64,000 bases of DNA from the human T2T-CHM13v2.0 reference genome, Homo sapiens. Shown here piece by piece: positions 58,100 to 64,000 of this stretch. The notes below the pieces were generated by a model. That model searched no databases. It was not told the origin of the DNA and saw nothing but the letters and a program-made list of their open reading frames with translations. The position numbers were made by a program, and so were the translations under genes. The stretch is taken from assembly GCF_009914755.1 (NCBI RefSeq), contig NC_060933.1; one strand, given 5' to 3'. Every line of letters begins with the position of its first letter. Position 1 is the stretch's first letter.

Positions 58100-61000
58100 G
58101 GAATGGAATGGAATGGAATGCCTTCAAACCGAATGGAATGGAAAGGAATGGAATCAACACGAGTGGAATGGAACGGAAGGGAATGGAATGGAATGGAATG
58201 GAATGATACGGAATAGAATGGAATTGAACGAAACGGAATGGAATGGAATGGAATGGAATGGAATGGAATGGAATCGTTCCGAGTGGAATAGGAGGGAATG
58301 TATTCGAGTGGAATGGAAAGGAATGGAATCAACCAGAGTGGAATGGAAGGGAATGGAATGGAATGGAAACTAATAGAATGGAATCAACCCGAGTGGAATG
58401 GAATGGAAAGGACTGGAAAGGAATGGAATGGAATGGAATGGAATGGAATTGAATTAACCCGAATACAATGGAATGGAATGGAATGGAACGGAATGGAGTG
58501 GAATGGAATGGAATCAACCCAAGTGCAGGGGAATGGAATGGAATGGAATGCAATGGAATGGAATCATCCGGAATGGAATGGAATGGAATGGAATGCAAAG
58601 CAATGGAATCAACTCGATTGCAATGGAATGGAATAGAATGGAATGGAATGGAATGGAATGGAATTAATCCGAATAGAATGGAATGGAATGGAATGGAACG
58701 GAATTTAACGGAATGGAATGGAATGGAATGGAATGGAATGGAATGGAATGGAATGGAACGGTATGGAATGGAATGGAATGGAATGGAATGGAATCAACGC
58801 GAGTGCAGGGGAATGGAATGGAATGGAATGCAATGGAATGGAATCATCCGGAATGGAATGGAATGGAATGGAATGGAAAGCAATGGAATCAACTCGATTG
58901 CAATGGAAAGGAATGGAATGGAAAGGAATACATTGGAATCAACCCGAGTGGAATGGAATGGAAAGGACTGGAATGGAGTGGAATGGAATGGAATGGAATT
59001 GAATGGAAAGGAATGGAATGGAATCAACTTGATTGGAATGGAATGAAATGGAATGGAATGGAATGGAATGGAATTAACCCGAATAGAAAGGAATGGAATG
59101 GAATGGAACGGAACGGAATGGAATGGAATGGAATGGAATGGAATGGAATGGAATGGAATTGAATGGAATCAACCCGACTGCAGGGGAATGGAATGGAATG
59201 GAATGCAATGGAATGGATTCAACTTGAATGGAATGGAAAGAATGGAATCAACACGAGTGGAATGGCATGGATTGGAATGGAATGGAATGGAATCAACCCG
59301 AGTAAAGGGGAATGGAATGGAATGGAATGCAATGGAATGGAATCATCCGTAATGGAATGGAAAGGAATGGAATTTAATGGAATGGAATGGAATGGAATGG
59401 AATGGAATGGAATCAACTCGATTGCAATCGAATGGAATGGAATGGAATTAACCCGAATAGAATGGAATAGAATGGAATGGAACGGAACGGAATGGAATGG
59501 ACTGGAATGAAAAGGAATGGAAGGGAACGGAATGGAATGGAATGGAATGGAATGGAATCAACGCGAGTGCAGGGGACTGGAATGGAATGGAATGCAATGG
59601 AATGGAATCAACCCGAGTGCAATCGAATGGAATCGAATGAAATGGAATGCAATGGATTCAACTCGATTGCAATGGAATGGAATAGAATGGAATGGAATGG
59701 AATGGAATGGAATTAATCTGAATAGAGTGGAATGGAATGGATTGGAACGGAATGGAACGGAATGGAATGGAATGGAATGGAATGGTATGGAATGGAATGG
59801 AATGGTATGGAATAGAATGGAATGGAACGAATTGTAATGGAATGGAATTGAATGGAATAGAATGGAATCAACGCGAGTGCAGGGGAATGTAATGGAAAGG
59901 AATGCAATGGAATGGAATCATCCGGAATGGAATGGAATGGAATGGAATGGAATGGAATGGAATCAACCCGAGTGCAATGGAATGGAGTGGAATGGAATTG
60001 AATGGAATGGAACAACCCGAATGGAATGGAATGTAATGGAGAGTAAGGGAGTTGAATAGAATCAATCCGAATGGAAAGGAATGGAATGGAATGGAATGCA
60101 ATGGAATGGAATCAACCCGAGTACAATGGAATGGAATGGAATGGAATGGAATGCAATGGAATGGAATGGAATGGAATGATACGGAATAGAATGGAATGGA
60201 ACGAAATGGAATGGAATGGAATGGAATGGAATGGAATGGAATGGAATCAACTCGATTGTAATGGAATGGAATGGAATGGAATGGAATGGAATGGAATGGA
60301 ATTAACCCGAATACAATGCAATGGAATGGAATGGAACGGAATGGAGTGGAATGGAATGGAATCAACCCGAGTGCAGGGGAATGGAATGGAATGGAATGGA
60401 ATGGAATGGAATGGAATGGAATCAACGCGAGTGCAGGGGAATGGAATGGAATGGAATGCAATGGAATGGAATCTTCCGGATGAAATGGAATAGAATGGAA
60501 TGGAATGGAATGGAATGGAATGGAATCAACTCGATTGCAATCGAATGGAATGGAATGGAATTAACTCGAATAGAATGGAATGGAATGGAATGGAACGGAA
60601 CGGAACGTAATGGAATGGAATGGAATGGAATGGAACGGAATGGAATGGAATGGAATGGAATGGAATGGAATGGAATGGAATGGAATCAACGCGAGTGCAG
60701 TAGAATGGAATGGAATGGAATGAAATGGAATGGAATCTTCCAGAATGGAATGGAATGGAATGAAATGCAATGGGTTCAACTCGATTGCAATGGAATGGAA
60801 TAGAATGGAATGGAATGGAATGGAATGGAATTAATTCGAATAGAATGGAATGGAATGGAATGGAACGGAATGGAACGGAATGGAATGGAATGGAATGGTA
60901 TGGAATGGAATGGAATGGTACGGAATAGAATGGAATGGAACGAATTGTAATGCAATGGAATTGAATGGAATGGAATGGAATGGAATGGAATCAACGCGAG

Positions 61001-64000
61001 TGCAGGGGTATGTAATGGAACGGAATGCAATGGAATGGAATCATCCGCAATGGAATGGAATGGAATGGAATGGAATGGAATGGAATCAACCCGAGTGCAA
61101 TGGAATGGAGTGGAATGGAATGGAATGGAATGGAATCAACCCGAGCGCAATGGAATGGAGTTGAATGGAATGGAATGGAATGGAACAACCCGAATGGAAT
61201 GGAATGTAATGGAGAGTAAGGGAGTTGAATAGAATCAATCCGAATGTAATGGAATGGAACGGAATGGAATGGAATGGAATGGAATGGAATGGAATGCAAT
61301 GGAATGGAATCAACCTTAGTACAATGGAACGGAATGTAATGTAATGTAATGTAATGTAACGGAATGGAATGGAATGGAATGCAATCAACCCGAGTGCAAT
61401 GGAATGCAGAGGAATGGAATGGAATGGAATGCAATGGAATGGAATCATCCGGAATGAAATGGAATGGAATGGAATGCAAAGCAAAGGAATCAACTCGATT
61501 GCAATGGAATGGAATGGAATGGAAAGGAATACATTGGAATCAACCCGAATGGATTGGAATGGAAAGGACTGGAATGGAGTGGAATGGAATGGAATGGAAT
61601 GGAATCAACTCGATTGGAATGGAATGGAATGGAATGGAATGGAATGGAATGGAATTAACCCGAATAGAATGGAATGGAATGGAATGGAACGGAACGGAAT
61701 GGAATGGAATGGAATGGAATGGAATGGAATGGAATGGAATGGAATGGAACAACCCGAATGGAATGGAATGTAATGGAGAGTAAGGGAGTTGAATAGAATC
61801 AATCCGAATGTAATGGAATGGAATGCAACGGAATGGAATGGAATGGAATGGAATGGAATACAATGGAATTGAATCAACCCGAGTACAATGGAATGGAATG
61901 GAATGGAATGGAATGGAATGGAATGGAATGGAATGGAATGATACGGAATAGAATGGAATGGAACGAAATGGAATGGAATGGAATGGAATGGAATGGAATC
62001 GTTCCGAGTGGAATAGCAGGGAATGTATTCGAGTGGAATGGAAAGGAATGGAATCAACCAGAGTGGAATGGAAGGGAATGGAATGGAATGGAAAATAATA
62101 GAATGGAATCAACCCGAGTGGAATGGAATGGAAAGGACTGGAATGGAATGGAATGGAATGGAATCAACTCGATTGTAATGGAATGGAGTGGAATGGAATG
62201 GAATGGAATGGAATGGAATGGAATGGAATTAACCCGAATACACTGGAATGGAATGGAATGGAACGGAATGGAGTGGAATGGAATGGAATCAACCCGAGTG
62301 CAGGGGAATGGAATGGAATGGAATGCAATGGAATGGAATCATCCGGAATGGAATGGAATGGAATGGAATGCAAAGCAATGGAATCAACTCGATTGCAATG
62401 GAATGGAATGGAATGGAAAGGAATACATTGGAATCAACCCGAGTGGAATGGAATGGAAAGGACTGGAATGGAGTGGAATGGAATGGAATGGAATGGAATG
62501 GAATCAACTCGATTGGAATGGAATGGAATGGAATGGAATGGAATTAACCCGAATAGAATGGAATGGAATGGAATGGAACGGAACTGAATGGAATGGAATG
62601 GAATGGAATTGAATGGAATGGAATGGAATGGAATCAACCCGACTGCAGGGGAATGGAATGGAATGGAAGGCAATGGAATGGATTCAACTTGAATGGAATG
62701 GAAAGAATGGAATCAACACGAGTGGAATGGCATGGATTGGAATGGAATGGAATGGAATCAACCCGAGTACAGGGGAATGGAATGGAATGGAATGCAATGG
62801 AATGGAATCATCCGTAATGGAATGGAAAGGAATGGAATGGAATGGAATGGAATGGAATGGAATGGAATGGAATCAACTCGATTGCAATCGAATGCAATGG
62901 AATGGAATTAACCCGAATAGAATGGAATGGAATGGAATGGAACAGAACGGAACGGAACGGAACGGAACAGAGTGGAATGGAATGGAATGGAATTGTATGG
63001 AATGGAATGGCATGGTACGGAATAGAATGGAATGGAAAGAATTGGAATGGAATGGAATCGAATGGAATGGAATGGAATGGAATGGAATCAACCCGAGTGC
63101 AGGGGAATGTAATGGAACGGAATGCAATGGAATGGAATCATCCGGAATGGAATGGAATGGAATGGAACGGAGTGGAATGGAATGGAATGCAATCAACCCG
63201 AATGCAATGGAATGGAGTGGAATGGAATGGAATCGAATGGAACAACCCGAATGGAATGGAATGTAATGGCGAGTAAGGGAGTTGAATAGAATCAATACGA
63301 ATGGAATGGAATGGAATGGAATGGAATGGAATGCAATGGAATGGAATGCAATGGAATGGAATCAACCCGAGTACAATGGAACGGAATAGAATGGAATGTA
63401 ATGTAATGGAATGGAATGGAATGGAATGGAATGGAATGGAATCAACCCGAGTGCATTGGAATGGAGAGGAATGGAATGGAATGGAATGGAAACTACCCGA
63501 ATGGAATGGAATGTAATGGAGTGTAAGGGAATTTAATAGAATCAATCCGAATGTAATGGAATGGAATGGAACGGAATGGAATGGAATGGAATGGAATGGA
63601 ATGGAATGGAATGAAATGGAATCAACCCGAGTGCAATCGAATGGAATCGAATGGAATGGAATGCAATGGAATGGATTCAACTTGAATGGAATGGAAAGAA
63701 TGGAATCAACACGAGTGGAATGGCATGGATTGGAATGGAATGGAATGGAATCAACCCGAGTACAGGGGAATGGAATGGAATGGAATGCAATGGAATGGAA
63801 TCATCCGTAATGGAATGGAAAGGAATGGAATGGAATGGAATGGAATGGAATGGAATGGAATGGAATCTACTCCATTGCAATCGAATGGAATGGAATGGAA
63901 TTAACCCGAATAGAATGGAATGGAATGGAATGGAACGGAACGGAATGGAGTGGAATGGAATGGAATGGAATGGAATGGAACGGAAAGGAAGGGAATGGAA
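58100..64000 (+). repeat. Copy 2 of the ~17.0-kb-offset duplication, running off the right end of the window
   Basis: As for copy 1. CTGCAG at 42237/59178 and 45647/62643. Confidence 0.95.

Larger units (their letters stand above)
1..64000 (+). repeat. Human satellite III (HSat3 / Sat III) array, (GGAAT)n with interspersed CAACCCGAGT-family decamers; pericentromeric heterochromatin, probably HSat3B / chr9q12-type
   Basis: Seen: GGAAT pentamer from end to end with no unique sequence; recurrent CAACCCGAGT, CAACTCGATT, CAACGCGAGT, TAACCCGAAT. Established: CAACCCGA(A/G)T(GGAAT)n is the classical satellite 3 signature, whereas HSat2 is built on CATTCGATTC-rich 23/26-bp units, which are absent here. 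The chromosome assignment is inference. Confidence 0.98.

Noticed and set aside
1-64000. CRISPR-like alternation of conserved motif and spacer
   Set aside because: The 'spacers' are GGAAT runs rather than unique sequence; there are no cas genes or leader, and this is a eukaryotic satellite.
1-64000. HSat2, alpha satellite, telomeric repeat or (GGAA)n EWS-FLI1 microsatellite
   Set aside because: No CATTCGATTC-based 23/26-bp units, no 171-bp alphoid monomer or CENP-B box, no TTAGGG; the unit is 5 bp, not 4.
1-64000. Embedded Alu, L1, LTR, rDNA or strand inversion
   Set aside because: No stretch departs from the pentamer framework for more than ~25 bp, and no (ATTCC)n tract occurs on the plus strand.

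Overview
The whole 64 kb window is human-type classical satellite III (HSat3/Sat III): an uninterrupted, single-orientation (GGAAT)n array (CATTC on the minus strand), punctuated every ~35-90 bp by CpG-bearing decamers of the CAACCCGAGT family. The motif content fits the chr9q12 (pHuR98-like, HSat3B) family, but that placement is inference. I see no genes, RNA genes, transposons or unique sequence. All predicted ORFs (poly-MEWNG, poly-IPFHS) are reading-frame artefacts of a stop-free pentamer. The real structure is higher-order: a small set of 0.1-1 kb modules is shuffled into nested duplications with offsets of ~6.12, ~6.8, ~14.85, ~4.04, ~3.4, ~17.0, ~2.15 and ~4.55 kb, with a change of architecture near 41 kb. 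The most interesting functional signal is about 50 (counted by eye) perfect three-unit heat-shock elements (gGAAt-cTTCc-gGAAt), each made by one inverted pentamer in a fixed module position and set in a sea of TEAD-type GGAATG sites. I found no convincing new protein-coding system. All coordinates and offsets were read by eye or from the ORF track and are approximate at block edges.
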